The position numbers were made by a program, and so were the translations under genes. Shown here one piece after another: positions 50,993-61,228 of a DNA stretch of 64,000 bases; the stretch's first letter is position 1, and each line of letters opens with the position of its first letter. The DNA comes from Gammaproteobacteria bacterium (GTDB lineage Bacteria > Pseudomonadota > Gammaproteobacteria > UBA1113). The notes below the pieces were generated by a model. It did not search any database. It was not told the origin of the DNA and saw only the letters and a program-made list of their open reading frames with translations. The stretch lies in the NCBI GenBank assembly GCA_021773305.1, contig JAJFKH010000007.1, positions 8,058 through 72,057 on the forward strand, given 5' to 3'.

Positions 50993-51949
50993 ATGCAATC
51001 GGAAAAATTTTTGCATAAAGATCCTCTTGTGCTCTGTTTAATGGGGCCTACCGCAACAGGAAAAACAAATCTTGCATTAGCACTACAGAAATTATTTTCC
51101 GTGGAACTGATTAGTGTTGACTCTGCACTCGTATATAAAGACATGGATATAGGCACTGCAAAGCCTGCCGGTAGCGCATTAGCTGCACACCATTTAGTTA
51201 ACATAAAAGACCCTAAAGAATATTATTCTGCTGCCGACTTTATAAGTGATACTGTACCGTTAGCTGAAAAAATTATCACAGCAAACAAAATACCTTTATT
51301 TGTAGGTGGAACGATGATGTATTTTCGTGCACTACAACAAGGGTTGTCCCCATTACCGGGGGCCAATGCAACGATAAGAAAAGAAATCGAACAAGAAGCA
51401 CAGCAAAAAGGCTGGCAAGAAATATATCAACAACTAAAAAAAATCGATCCGATTGCCGCCCAGCGTATTCATCCGAATGATCCCCAGCGCATACAGCGAG
51501 CAATGGAAGTTTACCGTACCACAGGAAGACCTCTGTCAGAACTTCAACAAGCAATAAATGAACAAACGTCTCACTGGCAATTTCTCAACATCGCTTTAAT
51601 GCCAACGGACAGACCGAAGCTACACCAAACAATTGCCCGGCGTTTTCACACTATGCTTGAGCAAGGTTTTGTGGCGGAAGTTGAACAACTTTTTGCACGA
51701 GACGATCTTTCTTTGCAACTACCCTCCATGCGAGCGGTGGGATACCGTCAGGTTTGGGAGTTTTTAGATGGGAAAATTACCTACGATGAAATGGTAGAAA
51801 AAGCAATTATCGCCACTCGCCAATTAGCCAAAAGGCAAATTACTTGGTTGCGATCGTGGCCCAATATCCATGAATTTGATTACGAGGATGTGAATTTGCT
51901 TGAAAAAGTAACACAACTTTTAAACACAACTCTCTCCAAGACGCACTAA
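50993..51949 (+). CDS. miaA: tRNA dimethylallyltransferase
   Basis: MGPTATGKT, SVDSALVYKDMDIGTAKP, VGGTMMY and TRQLAKRQITW. Confidence 0.97.
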   Translation: MQSEKFLHKDPLVLCLMGPTATGKTNLALALQKLFSVELISVDSALVYKDMDIGTAKPAGSALAAHHLVNIKDPKEYYSAADFISDTVPLAEKIITANKIPLFVGGTMMYFRALQQGLSPLPGANATIRKEIEQEAQQKGWQEIYQQLKKIDPIAAQRIHPNDPQRIQRAMEVYRTTGRPLSELQQAINEQTSHWQFLNIALMPTDRPKLHQTIARRFHTMLEQGFVAEVEQLFARDDLSLQLPSMRAVGYRQVWEFLDGKITYDEMVEKAIIATRQLAKRQITWLRSWPNIHEFDYEDVNLLEKVTQLLNTTLSKTH

Positions 51950-52417
51950 ATCATACTGTTGTTGACAACCACCTAAAGCACTCTCAACTGTGGTACCACA
52001 AGGCAATAGCAAATTAGGGGTAATTTCATAGAGCGGCAATAAAACAAAATAACGGGCTTTCAAGCCTTCATGGGGCACTATCAAACGATCACTGCTGATG
52101 ATTTCATCACCATAGAGCAAAATATCGAGATCCAGTGTCCTCGCTTCCCAACGGATCGATCCTCGCTGACGATCGTGGTTATCTTCAATCTGATGTAGCT
52201 CATTGAGTAATATTTCAGCGTTTAGCTGAGTATGAATCAAAACCACTGCATTAATATAGTAAGGTTGATCCTGAGGCCCCATCGGTGCACTCTGATATAA
52301 AGATGACACGCTCAATAGCTGTGTCTCAGGCAACAGACTTATTTCGCGAACTCCCTGCTTAACATGAGCCATGGGATCGTCTAAGTTACTTCCAAGGCTA
52401 AGGTAGGCAGCAATCAT
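51920..52417 (-). CDS. folK: 2-amino-4-hydroxy-6-hydroxymethyldihydropteridine diphosphokinase
   Basis: YLSLGSNL, RTLDLDILLYG and LIVPH. Confidence 0.96.
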   Translation of the reverse strand: MIAAYLSLGSNLDDPMAHVKQGVREISLLPETQLLSVSSLYQSAPMGPQDQPYYINAVVLIHTQLNAEILLNELHQIEDNHDRQRGSIRWEARTLDLDILLYGDEIISSDRLIVPHEGLKARYFVLLPLYEITPNLLLPCGTTVESALGGCQQQYDLVRLGESCV

Positions 52418-53751
52418 TGGAATTTTCTGTTGGGGAGTTGACTCATCAATGCCCCTCGTTGTTCCTCATTACCCTGAATAAAGTTTGTCCACCATTGGCC
52501 TGCTTGAGCAAAAGTTGGATCCACTTCCCCTCGTAACAATAGAAAATCATAGGCGGCTCGAAAACGAGGATTGTCCAATAAACGATAAATTTTTCGTTGT
52601 TCACGTCTTTCGAGTAAATACTGCAAATCCCAAATCTCTCGCATAATCCCCACGAGGCGCTTAGGAATTGCTGTATGCTGACATTGTAAACGTAACACAT
52701 CGGCCTCAGCTCTCTCAAAAGCAAGACGAGGCCCCATACGCTCTTTTTTGTAAGCTTGAGCAAGATCAATTGTGGGATACCAAAGTAGCGCTGCAAATAA
52801 AAATGCGGGGTTGACGGGTTTTCCTTGAGCAATCCTCTCATCCGTATTACGAAAAACTCGTAGCAAAAAACTATCCGCTAACTGATGTAATTGGGGATCT
52901 TGCAAAATTTGCTCTGTCATTGGAAATAAAAAATCCAATAACTCATAATGCCTGAGCAGAGAAAAAGTTTCTACCCCTGCACCGCCAAGAAATAGCTTCA
53001 GTGATTCATCGTAAAGTCGCGCATTTGAAATATGATCGAGTAACTCGCCCATTTCACCGATGGGTGCTTCCGTATCTGGGTGGATCACAAACCCTAGCTT
53101 CGCTGCAAAACGCACTGCCCGTAGAATACGTACGGGATCTTCTCGATAACGTTCACTAGGATCACCGATGATTCGCAAAATCCCTTGTTTGAGATCTTCT
53201 AGCCCATCAGCATAATCAACAAGACTAAAATCGGCGATATTGTAGTAAATAGCATTGACCGTAAAGTCTCGACGCCAAATATCATCATCCAAAGTACCGT
53301 AAACGTTATCTCGTAAAATCACCCCATGGGATGAACGACCCTTAGCTGTTGCGCCATCGCTACTGTTTTCTTGACCAGGCGCGCGAAAAGTTGCCACTTC
53401 AATAAGCTCATCTTTAAAATACACATGGGCTAAACGGAATCGTTTGCCAATCAAGCGACAATTTTTAAATAATTTCTTAACCTGTTCAGGCTTTGCATCG
53501 GTGACTACATCAAAATCTTTTGGCTCTCGGCCCAGCAATAAATCACGAACACCACCACCCACAATATAGGCTTCATAGCCTGCACTATTTAATCGACGCA
53601 GCACTTTAATGGCATGTTCACTGATAAATGCCCGAGATACGGTATGGTGATCCCGCGGTATGATCTTCTTATGTACAGAGCATGCTTTGGACGCCGAAGC
53701 CATCTCCTGTCCCTTGATAAATCCTGTCACCTTCTTTATGAATTTTTTCAA
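52414..53751 (-). CDS. pcnB: Poly(A) polymerase I
   Basis: VGGGVRDLLLG, PKDFD, LIGKRFRLAHV, RRDFTVNA and RFRAAYDFL. Confidence 0.96.
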   Translation of the reverse strand: MKKFIKKVTGFIKGQEMASASKACSVHKKIIPRDHHTVSRAFISEHAIKVLRRLNSAGYEAYIVGGGVRDLLLGREPKDFDVVTDAKPEQVKKLFKNCRLIGKRFRLAHVYFKDELIEVATFRAPGQENSSDGATAKGRSSHGVILRDNVYGTLDDDIWRRDFTVNAIYYNIADFSLVDYADGLEDLKQGILRIIGDPSERYREDPVRILRAVRFAAKLGFVIHPDTEAPIGEMGELLDHISNARLYDESLKLFLGGAGVETFSLLRHYELLDFLFPMTEQILQDPQLHQLADSFLLRVFRNTDERIAQGKPVNPAFLFAALLWYPTIDLAQAYKKERMGPRLAFERAEADVLRLQCQHTAIPKRLVGIMREIWDLQYLLERREQRKIYRLLDNPRFRAAYDFLLLRGEVDPTFAQAGQWWTNFIQGNEEQRGALMSQLPNRKFQ

Positions 53752-53783
53752 ATCAATTAGCTAACGTTATTTCAAAACATTTA

Positions 53784-55049
53784 TTATACACCGACAACCA
53801 TTCCTTCCACGCTGCCGAACCCAATTTTATAATCTTTGTCTTCACAATGACCAGAAATAGTCAGCCTATCTCCATCTTGTAGGAAAGATCGTTCTTCACC
53901 ATTGGCTAGTTTGAATGGTTCTGATCCATTGGCACTGATTTCTAATAAACTTCCCCAGTTTTCCCGGTTAGGCCCACTCACAGTCCCCGAGGCCAATAAA
54001 TCCCCCGTCTGCATCACACAATTATTGACGCAATGATGGGCCAACATCTGCTCCATGCTCCAATATAATTCTTGAAAACCCGTTTCACACAACAAAGAAC
54101 TATCGTCCGATCCTTGGGTTTGCAACTCTACCTTCAGCTTAATATCCGGAAGCATCGGACTGTCCTGGCGCAAGTACTCCACAAGATTTGGGTTTTGCTC
54201 TCCCAATGGCACCATAAAATCCTCCAACGCAGCCATAGGAACCACCCAAGGAGAAATGGAGGTTGCAAAACTTTTTGCCAAAAATGGCCCTAGGGGTTGA
54301 TATTCGAAAGCTTGAATATCTCTGGCACTCCAGTCATTGAGCAATACCATACCAAAAATATGAGATCGCGCATTATCTATAGTAATAGGTTGTCCTGTGG
54401 GATTTCCTGTACCAAGGAAAAAGCCCATTTCCAACTCAAAATCCAATTTTCGACAAGGAGCAAACAAAGGAATGTCTTGATCAGGTAATTTAATTTGTCC
54501 TCTGGGACGCTTTATATCAGTACCTGATAAAAAAACCGTACTCGCCCGGCCATTGTAGGCCACGGGCAAGCATTTCCAATTGGGTAATAATGCATTTTCT
54601 CTACCCCGGAACAATGTCCCTACGTTCGTTGCATGATGTTCGGATGCATAAAAATCCGTATAACCAGAGACAGCAAAAGGCAATTTCATCACAACATCTT
54701 TGCGCAATAATAGTGCTTCGCTTAACACATTCTGATTGCCCTTTAAGTCATCGCAGTGGATCCCTAAAAGCGCTTGCAATCGTTCTCTTACCTCGGCCCA
54801 CACCTTCGCACCCTGGGCCGCAAAATCATTTAATGTGGGTTTATCAAATAACGATTGCGCTCGCTCCTTCAGTAGCAGCCCGTGTTTCTCTAGCACAGAC
54901 AAATCGATAACATAATCACCAATAGCCACGGCTCCCCGAGGCGTTTTCCCCTTTTCATGAGTTATAATGCCGTAGGGTAGATTATTCAGAGGGAAACTAG
55001 AGCTATCCGCCCCTTCGATAAAGGATGGTAATAAAGGTGTTGATGCCAT
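53784..55049 (-). CDS. fahA: Fumarylacetoacetase
   Basis: FPLNNLPYG, YTDFYASEHHATNVG, LDFELE, NDWSARDIQ and PLGPF. Confidence 0.95.
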   Translation of the reverse strand: MASTPLLPSFIEGADSSSFPLNNLPYGIITHEKGKTPRGAVAIGDYVIDLSVLEKHGLLLKERAQSLFDKPTLNDFAAQGAKVWAEVRERLQALLGIHCDDLKGNQNVLSEALLLRKDVVMKLPFAVSGYTDFYASEHHATNVGTLFRGRENALLPNWKCLPVAYNGRASTVFLSGTDIKRPRGQIKLPDQDIPLFAPCRKLDFELEMGFFLGTGNPTGQPITIDNARSHIFGMVLLNDWSARDIQAFEYQPLGPFLAKSFATSISPWVVPMAALEDFMVPLGEQNPNLVEYLRQDSPMLPDIKLKVELQTQGSDDSSLLCETGFQELYWSMEQMLAHHCVNNCVMQTGDLLASGTVSGPNRENWGSLLEISANGSEPFKLANGEERSFLQDGDRLTISGHCEDKDYKIGFGSVEGMVVGV

Positions 55050-55143
55050 TGGCTAGCCCCATTTTGATAAAAATTTGGCCTGTGATTATAGTCCATTTCC
55101 CTTGCTCTTGCAAAATCCGCTCCTGTTGATCTATGATCATTCC

Positions 55144-55836
55144 ATGGATAATTTTAATCTGCTTGTAGAAGATTTAAGCATTCTTGTACAACGAAAAAAA
55201 ATTAAAAACCTCAATCTCAGCATTTTGCCTCCAGAAGGCAGCATTCGCTTATCCATCCCTCTTCGCACATCAAAAAAAGATGCCAAGCAAATGATCCTGG
55301 AAAAATACCAGTGGATTAAGCAAAAACAAGCCATGGTCCGAGCGCGTCCTAAACCCAGTAAAAAGAAAATGCACTCCGGAGAACGCTTTCCTTATCGAGG
55401 AACATGCTACGAACTGGAAATCATCGAATGCGCTTTAAAAAAGGGGATCGTGTTAATGGAAGACAATAAACTAAAACTCTACGCTAAAACGGATTCTACA
55501 ACAGCCCAGCGAGAAAGCCTTCTACAAAATTGGTACCATGTAATGCTAGAAGAACAGATCCCACCATTAATTGTAAAATGGGAACCTATCATTGGAAAAC
55601 ACGTAGCCAGCTGGGGAATAAGACGAATGAAAACCCAGTGGGGTAGCTGCCATATCGAAAAAAAACATATCCAATTAAATCTTGATTTAATTCAAAAACC
55701 ACCTGAATGTTTGGAATATGTCATTGTACACGAAATGGTGCATTTATATGAACGTTATCACAATGCTCAATTTAAACAATACATGGATCGATTCATGCCT
55801 AACTGGCGTACATACAAAGAAATGTTAAATGGTTAA
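55144..55836 (+). CDS. YgjP/DUF45-like (M48-type) metallohydrolase
   Basis: MKTQWGSC and YVIVHEMVHLYERYHN. Confidence 0.88.
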   Translation: MDNFNLLVEDLSILVQRKKIKNLNLSILPPEGSIRLSIPLRTSKKDAKQMILEKYQWIKQKQAMVRARPKPSKKKMHSGERFPYRGTCYELEIIECALKKGIVLMEDNKLKLYAKTDSTTAQRESLLQNWYHVMLEEQIPPLIVKWEPIIGKHVASWGIRRMKTQWGSCHIEKKHIQLNLDLIQKPPECLEYVIVHEMVHLYERYHNAQFKQYMDRFMPNWRTYKEMLNG

Positions 55837-55878
55837 CACTATTTACTAGATTTAAGCATTTTAACCATTCTGACGTGT

Positions 55879-57564
55879 CTAAGCGACGATAGGCGACTCA
55901 CTGCTAAACAATGCTTCGATTTTAGCTTTTGGCATTGCCTTAAAACACTCTTTCTTTTTTGCATCTTTTTGTGATAACAATAGCGTTATTTCTTTTTCAG
56001 CCAAGGCATTAGTATGACTCGCACTATAAACCGTCGCAATAAGATGAGCACTCTCATCTGTGCTTTTTGTCGTTAAAAATCCATCGAATAATTTATCCAA
56101 GCAATCACCCATATTAAATTGTCGTAGAAATCCCGGTGCTTTTCGTACGACAACATTCGTCGGTGACATCACTGAAATAACAAAACCTAACTCATCAAGT
56201 CTCTCACTCATTTTTTCTATCTTTTCAACATCTATTTCTTTTAGCGTAAGCTCTTTAGGGATCAATAAAGGTTGGCTATGTACCTTATTGAGTGGTACAT
56301 TGGGAGGCAACTCACTCAACGCATAATGATAACGTAATTTAACACGGTCATAAATTTCAATACCTGTTGAAACCTTTAAGAAAAGGTAGCGATCGGCAAT
56401 GGTGATATAAGACGATAAATCTAAATCACTTTCGCTACTGCTATCACCCATATTTGAATAATGACTTACAGCAGGTTCTCTGACCGCGCTACTCTGAGAC
56501 GCTGCCCTATCATAATCTGAAGGTTGCGCATAGGACGCCGATCCTTCTGCCGTGCTAGTAGCAAATTGCTCAGCTTCCTGAGGCACAAGAGCCTGACGAA
56601 TATGGTGAGCAACAAAATCATGAATTAAGCGGCTGTCACGAAAACGCACTTCATGCTTTGTTGGATGGACATTCACATCAACCATGTTTGGATCAATGTC
56701 TAAAAATAAAACATAGCATGCATGCCGACCTTCATAGAGTAAATCATTATAGGCTTGACGCATCGCATGGCCTAATAGACGATCTCGAACAACACGTTTA
56801 TTAACATAAAAATATTGTAAATCCGTCTGGCTTCTTCCATATTCAGGTAATCCTAACCACCCCCATAGTGTAAAACCCACCGCAGAGAATTCAATAAACG
56901 TCGAGTTTTTTAAGAAATTTTGACCACAAATTGTTTTAATCCGCGTTTTGTCTTCACTGGCTCGACTCTGTAAAACATCTCTTTGGTTGTGCCTTAAGGT
57001 AAATCCAATGTTAAAATGACTCAATGCAATTTTTTTAACAATATCTTCAATATGGGAAAATTCTGTTTTCTCCGTGCGCAGAAAATTTCTTCTCACGGGA
57101 GTATTAAAAAATAAATCTTCTACATCAATGGTTGTACCTTGAGGATGGGACGCCGGTTGAATATCAACCTTCATCTCTTTGCCTGCAACATTGGCCCGCC
57201 AAGCATTGGTATCATCAGCAACCTTTGAGCAAATACTTAAACGAGAAACTGACGCAATACTTGCGAGTGCCTCACCGCGAAACCCCAAACTTGCAATCGC
57301 TTGCAGATCATCAAAATGCTTAATTTTACTGGTTGCATGGGGACTCAATGCTAGCGCTAAATCATCTTTGTGGATCCCACATCCATCATCTCTAATGCGA
57401 ATCAGCCGCATACCGCCCTTTTCGATATCAATTTGAATGTTTTTTGCTCCAGCATCAATACTATTTTCAATTAATTCTTTTACAACAGATGCGGTTCGCT
57501 CAACGACTTCTCCAGCCGCTATTTGATTTGCAAGTAGTAAAGGCAATTGATGAATTCGTGGCAT
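55879..57564 (-). CDS. mutL: DNA mismatch repair protein MutL
   Basis: NQIAAGEVVER, GFRGEALASI and DVNVHPTKHEVRF. Confidence 0.96.
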   Translation of the reverse strand: MPRIHQLPLLLANQIAAGEVVERTASVVKELIENSIDAGAKNIQIDIEKGGMRLIRIRDDGCGIHKDDLALALSPHATSKIKHFDDLQAIASLGFRGEALASIASVSRLSICSKVADDTNAWRANVAGKEMKVDIQPASHPQGTTIDVEDLFFNTPVRRNFLRTEKTEFSHIEDIVKKIALSHFNIGFTLRHNQRDVLQSRASEDKTRIKTICGQNFLKNSTFIEFSAVGFTLWGWLGLPEYGRSQTDLQYFYVNKRVVRDRLLGHAMRQAYNDLLYEGRHACYVLFLDIDPNMVDVNVHPTKHEVRFRDSRLIHDFVAHHIRQALVPQEAEQFATSTAEGSASYAQPSDYDRAASQSSAVREPAVSHYSNMGDSSSESDLDLSSYITIADRYLFLKVSTGIEIYDRVKLRYHYALSELPPNVPLNKVHSQPLLIPKELTLKEIDVEKIEKMSERLDELGFVISVMSPTNVVVRKAPGFLRQFNMGDCLDKLFDGFLTTKSTDESAHLIATVYSASHTNALAEKEITLLLSQKDAKKKECFKAMPKAKIEALFSSESPIVA

Positions 57565-57568
57565 TGTT

Positions 57569-58876
57569 CTATCCTTTTTTGGGTATTTTTAATACCTGTC
57601 CCACACGGATGTTATGACTCTTAAGATGATTTTCTTTTTTCAAAGCGTCTGTACCAATATGGTAGTAATGAGCAATGCTTGATAAACTATCACCTTTTGC
57701 AACCTTATGCTCTCCTAAACTTTCAACATGACTTGCAAGCCATGTTCCCGGGGGAGGATTTTGATAAAAATATTCCCGCAGACCGCTTAAAATTGCTTCA
57801 GCAATTTTTCGCTGATAAATAGGATCTTTTAATCGCTTTTCTTCTTGAGGGTTAGAAAGAAAACCCGTCTCGACTAAAATAGAGGGAATATCTGGAGATT
57901 TAAGTACCATAAAGGGAGCTTGTTCAACACCGTGATGATGTAGTCTACTCACTCTACCTATTTGATGCAGCACTTCATCACCCAAATTAAGACTTGCGCT
58001 AATGGTAGCCGTTTGAGACAAATCAATTAAGACCGAACGCAGCAAATCATTTTTACCGTTCAAGCTCACACCACCCAACTCAGAGTAATTCTCTTTTTCA
58101 GCTAACCAACGAGCCGCTTCACTACTGGCACCTTTAAGAGACAAGGCATACACTGATGCACCACTGGCATGAGCATGTTTAAATGCATCCGCGTGAATCG
58201 CCACAAAAACGTCGGCTTTCGTCGAGCGCGCTTTTTTTAATCGTTCTCGCAAGGTCACATAATAATTTTTATCCCGGGTCATTTCAGGGTTCATACCTTT
58301 TTCACGCTCTAACAAATGATACAGTTGTTTAGAAATCTCTAAGACAACATCTTTTTCTCTAGTGCCATGAGGGCCTGTCGCTCCTGGATCCTTCCCCCCA
58401 TGGCCTGGGTCAATTAACACAATGATATTACGCATGGGTGTTGCTGCGATAATTAAGGGTTGCAGTTTCCCAGGCTTGGTCGTCGTTACATGCAGAATCA
58501 CTTGATTATTTTGTGTTTTCTGAGATCGAATAAAAACAGATCGTTGCAAATCAAACACAATACGTAGCACATGAGGCTTGGGATAACCGTGACGCACTTT
58601 GCTGAAGGGAGCATCAAGAAGAGAAATATCTTTGAGGTTCATACCCAGGTGTGTATCATCCAGATCGACTACTAACCGCTGAGGATTATCTAACAGGAAA
58701 TACCGAAATGTAACATTTTTATTAAAGGAAAAATGAATATCTGTTTGCTCGGCAGAAGAGTGGTTATCCATATAAATAGATAATAAGTCTGCATCAGTAC
58801 TTCGCCCCGCAGCGCCTGTACTCAACCCCAACCATATGACAATAAAAAAAATACTAGCTTTTATACGATGTTGCAT
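57569..58876 (-). CDS. amiB: N-acetylmuramoyl-L-alanine amidase (AMIN + Amidase_3 + LysM)
   Basis: DPGHGGKDPGA, IHADA, LVETGFLSN and a C-terminal LysM. Start placed at the ATG at 58876. Confidence 0.9.
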   Translation of the reverse strand: MQHRIKASIFFIVIWLGLSTGAAGRSTDADLLSIYMDNHSSAEQTDIHFSFNKNVTFRYFLLDNPQRLVVDLDDTHLGMNLKDISLLDAPFSKVRHGYPKPHVLRIVFDLQRSVFIRSQKTQNNQVILHVTTTKPGKLQPLIIAATPMRNIIVLIDPGHGGKDPGATGPHGTREKDVVLEISKQLYHLLEREKGMNPEMTRDKNYYVTLRERLKKARSTKADVFVAIHADAFKHAHASGASVYALSLKGASSEAARWLAEKENYSELGGVSLNGKNDLLRSVLIDLSQTATISASLNLGDEVLHQIGRVSRLHHHGVEQAPFMVLKSPDIPSILVETGFLSNPQEEKRLKDPIYQRKIAEAILSGLREYFYQNPPPGTWLASHVESLGEHKVAKGDSLSSIAHYYHIGTDALKKENHLKSHNIRVGQVLKIPKKG

Positions 58877-59321
58877 GTCGAATGACTTCACGCCCCTTTC
58901 CACTGTAACCTTCCATAATAACTCCACGCCCTTGTTCAGGAAGCAAAATATTGCACCAAAGATCGGCCTTAGGCAACATACCACGACCCTTCTCAGGCCA
59001 TTCAATCAAACAAATGCTCTGTCCATCAAAATAATCTCTGATCCCCATGGCTTCTAATTCTTCTGCATCGTGAATACGATACAGATCAAAATGATAAATT
59101 CTGTGCTGCCCAATGTCATAGGGTTCAACTAACGTATACGTCGGACTTTTGACCGAATCTTTGTACCCTAAGCCTCGCAGTATTCCTCTAACCAAGGTCG
59201 TCTTCCCAGCACCCAAGTCACCACTTAGGGTTACCACAATCCCAGGAGAAAGTGCTTCAGCCCATACAGCACCCCACTGTAGCATTTCATGCTCATCAGC
59301 TAATTCAATGGTTGTTTGCAT
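58854..59321 (-). CDS. tsaE: t6A biosynthesis ATPase TsaE
   Basis: LSGDLGAGKTT, VKSPTYTLVEPY, HFDLYR and IEWPE. Confidence 0.97.
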   Translation of the reverse strand: MQTTIELADEHEMLQWGAVWAEALSPGIVVTLSGDLGAGKTTLVRGILRGLGYKDSVKSPTYTLVEPYDIGQHRIYHFDLYRIHDAEELEAMGIRDYFDGQSICLIEWPEKGRGMLPKADLWCNILLPEQGRGVIMEGYSGKGREVIRHATSYKS

Positions 59322-60808
59322 CAGAGTTTATTCACAAAATCACGAATATGAGGTAATAAATCCGTTGCTAATAATCCCCTTTCTCCAAGCTGAGCCGCGT
59401 TATCAGCCGCTAAACTATGCACCAGCACACCGGCTTGAGCAGCCACTGTCATGGTCAACCCTTGGGCGACAAGCCCTGCAATGATACCGCTTAACACATC
59501 TCCCATACCACCACTGGCCATACCAGGGTTACCATGGGGGCACACTGCCACAGGATATTCCGATCCTAACACTAAACTCCCCGATCCCTTCAGCACAACC
59601 ACCCCAGAAAACTTTTCTTGTAATGCCTCTATTGCAGCAAAGCGATCGCGCTGAATTTCTTCAACAGGAACACCTGATAATTGAGAGGCTTCTCCTGGAT
59701 GGGGTGTCAAAATCCAGTCCTTTTGAGATTCTGTTTTCACTAAAAAACCCAAACCATCAGCATCCACAATAAAAGGCTTATCGTGCTCCATGCAACAAGC
59801 AAATAGGGCCGTTGCCCAGTCATCAGAGCCTAATCCAGGCCCCAGTACAACCACTGACGCTTTATCTAAAAGAGGCAATAAATCATCACCCGTTGCAACA
59901 CCATGACACATAATTTCGGGACGAGGGCCACTGATCGCTGCCACATGTTCCTGCCGAGTCGCAACACTCACCAGCCCTGCCCCAGCCCGATAAGCGGCTT
60001 CCGCTGCCATCCGCGCAGCACCTGCCATACCATAATTTCCACCCACGACCAGTACATGGCCAAAATCGCCTTTGTGAGCATCCCGAGAACGCGCTCCCAG
60101 ACAATCAGCCAGTTCATCCATATTCAAAAGAAATGCATTTTCATCAATATCCTGGAACATATCCTCCTGAAGATCTAAATCATCCAGCACCACTTCGCCA
60201 CTGCACTCAATGCCTGAGCCGGTGTATAACCCTTGCTTTACACCAATAAAGGTTATCGTCATGTCAGCAACCACGGCATCTCCATGAATAGAGCCTGTAT
60301 CTGCATCCAAACCTGAAGGAATATCCAACGCAAAAACGGGGGCGTCCATGAGATTAATTTCTTCAATCGCTTCCAAAAAGATCCCTGTCACATCCCTATC
60401 AACGCCGGTTCCTAAAATAGCATCCACAATTAACTCGCATTCTTGTAAATCCACCTTTGCACTATAAGGTTCAATGATCACCCCAGCACTTTTACTTGCT
60501 TCAAAAGCAATCAAAGCAGCACCTTTTAACGATGCCGTCTCTCCTAAATGAAAAGCTCGTACTTCCACACCATCCAGTTGCGCCATGCGAGCTAAAACAT
60601 AACCATCCCCACCATTATTGCCTGGGCCACACAATACTGTAATACGCCCTACATCACTCCAAGTTCCCTTAAGCGCTCGGTAAGCGGCCAGCCCAGCACG
60701 CTCCATCAACATTTGCTCGGAAACATTATGTTGTTTAAATGCATTTTTTTCTAATTCTTTTATTTGATCAGATTGGTATAACTCAGTAAATTGAAATTCC
60801 ATCGCCAT
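59321..60808 (-). CDS. nnr: Bifunctional NAD(P)H-hydrate epimerase/dehydratase
   Basis: LMERAG, GNNGGDG, HKGDFG, LTPHPGEA and GMGDVLSG. Confidence 0.96.
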   Translation of the reverse strand: MAMEFQFTELYQSDQIKELEKNAFKQHNVSEQMLMERAGLAAYRALKGTWSDVGRITVLCGPGNNGGDGYVLARMAQLDGVEVRAFHLGETASLKGAALIAFEASKSAGVIIEPYSAKVDLQECELIVDAILGTGVDRDVTGIFLEAIEEINLMDAPVFALDIPSGLDADTGSIHGDAVVADMTITFIGVKQGLYTGSGIECSGEVVLDDLDLQEDMFQDIDENAFLLNMDELADCLGARSRDAHKGDFGHVLVVGGNYGMAGAARMAAEAAYRAGAGLVSVATRQEHVAAISGPRPEIMCHGVATGDDLLPLLDKASVVVLGPGLGSDDWATALFACCMEHDKPFIVDADGLGFLVKTESQKDWILTPHPGEASQLSGVPVEEIQRDRFAAIEALQEKFSGVVVLKGSGSLVLGSEYPVAVCPHGNPGMASGGMGDVLSGIIAGLVAQGLTMTVAAQAGVLVHSLAADNAAQLGERGLLATDLLPHIRDFVNKL

Positions 60809-60875
60809 AGCGAGACCCTCAGGTGTCAGAGTATTTAGCTAAGGATAACAAGTTGTGCCAAGAATTGGCAAGAAG

Positions 60876-61126
60876 GCAATCATCTTAAAAAGTAAACGGT
60901 GGCGCTATTCTTCTTTTTCTGTCTTATTCTTGTTCTGTGCGCGTAAACAACACTTTTTTTATTTTAATTGTCTCGTGTCATTTATTAATTACAACGACAA
61001 GCAACAATCTTAAAAAGCAAACAGTGGCGCTATTCTTCTTTTTGTGTCTTATTCTTGTTCTGCGCGCATAAATAACACTCTTTGTTGCTTTAATTGTCTC
61101 GTGCTATTTGTTAGCTACTATAACAA
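60876..61126 (-). ncRNA. Candidate structured non-coding RNA, two tandem ~125-nt units
   Basis: Direct repeat 60876-61000 / 61001-61126 with no shared ORF. Differences between the copies are compensatory or G-U compatible on the minus strand. Confidence 0.5.
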
Positions 61127-61228
61127 CGGGATGTTAAGGTTATATGAATTGAGGAAAAACTTTTAAAATTTAATGGATATATTTATTTTATTCTTTAAAG
61201 TGAAAGTGGCATTTCCACCATTCCTACC

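Noticed and set aside
60876-61126. Tandem repeat as a CRISPR array, tRNA pair or peptide-coding repeat
   Set aside because: There are only two long units with no spacers or cas genes, no cloverleaf or TTCGA arm, and no shared reading frame with a credible start.
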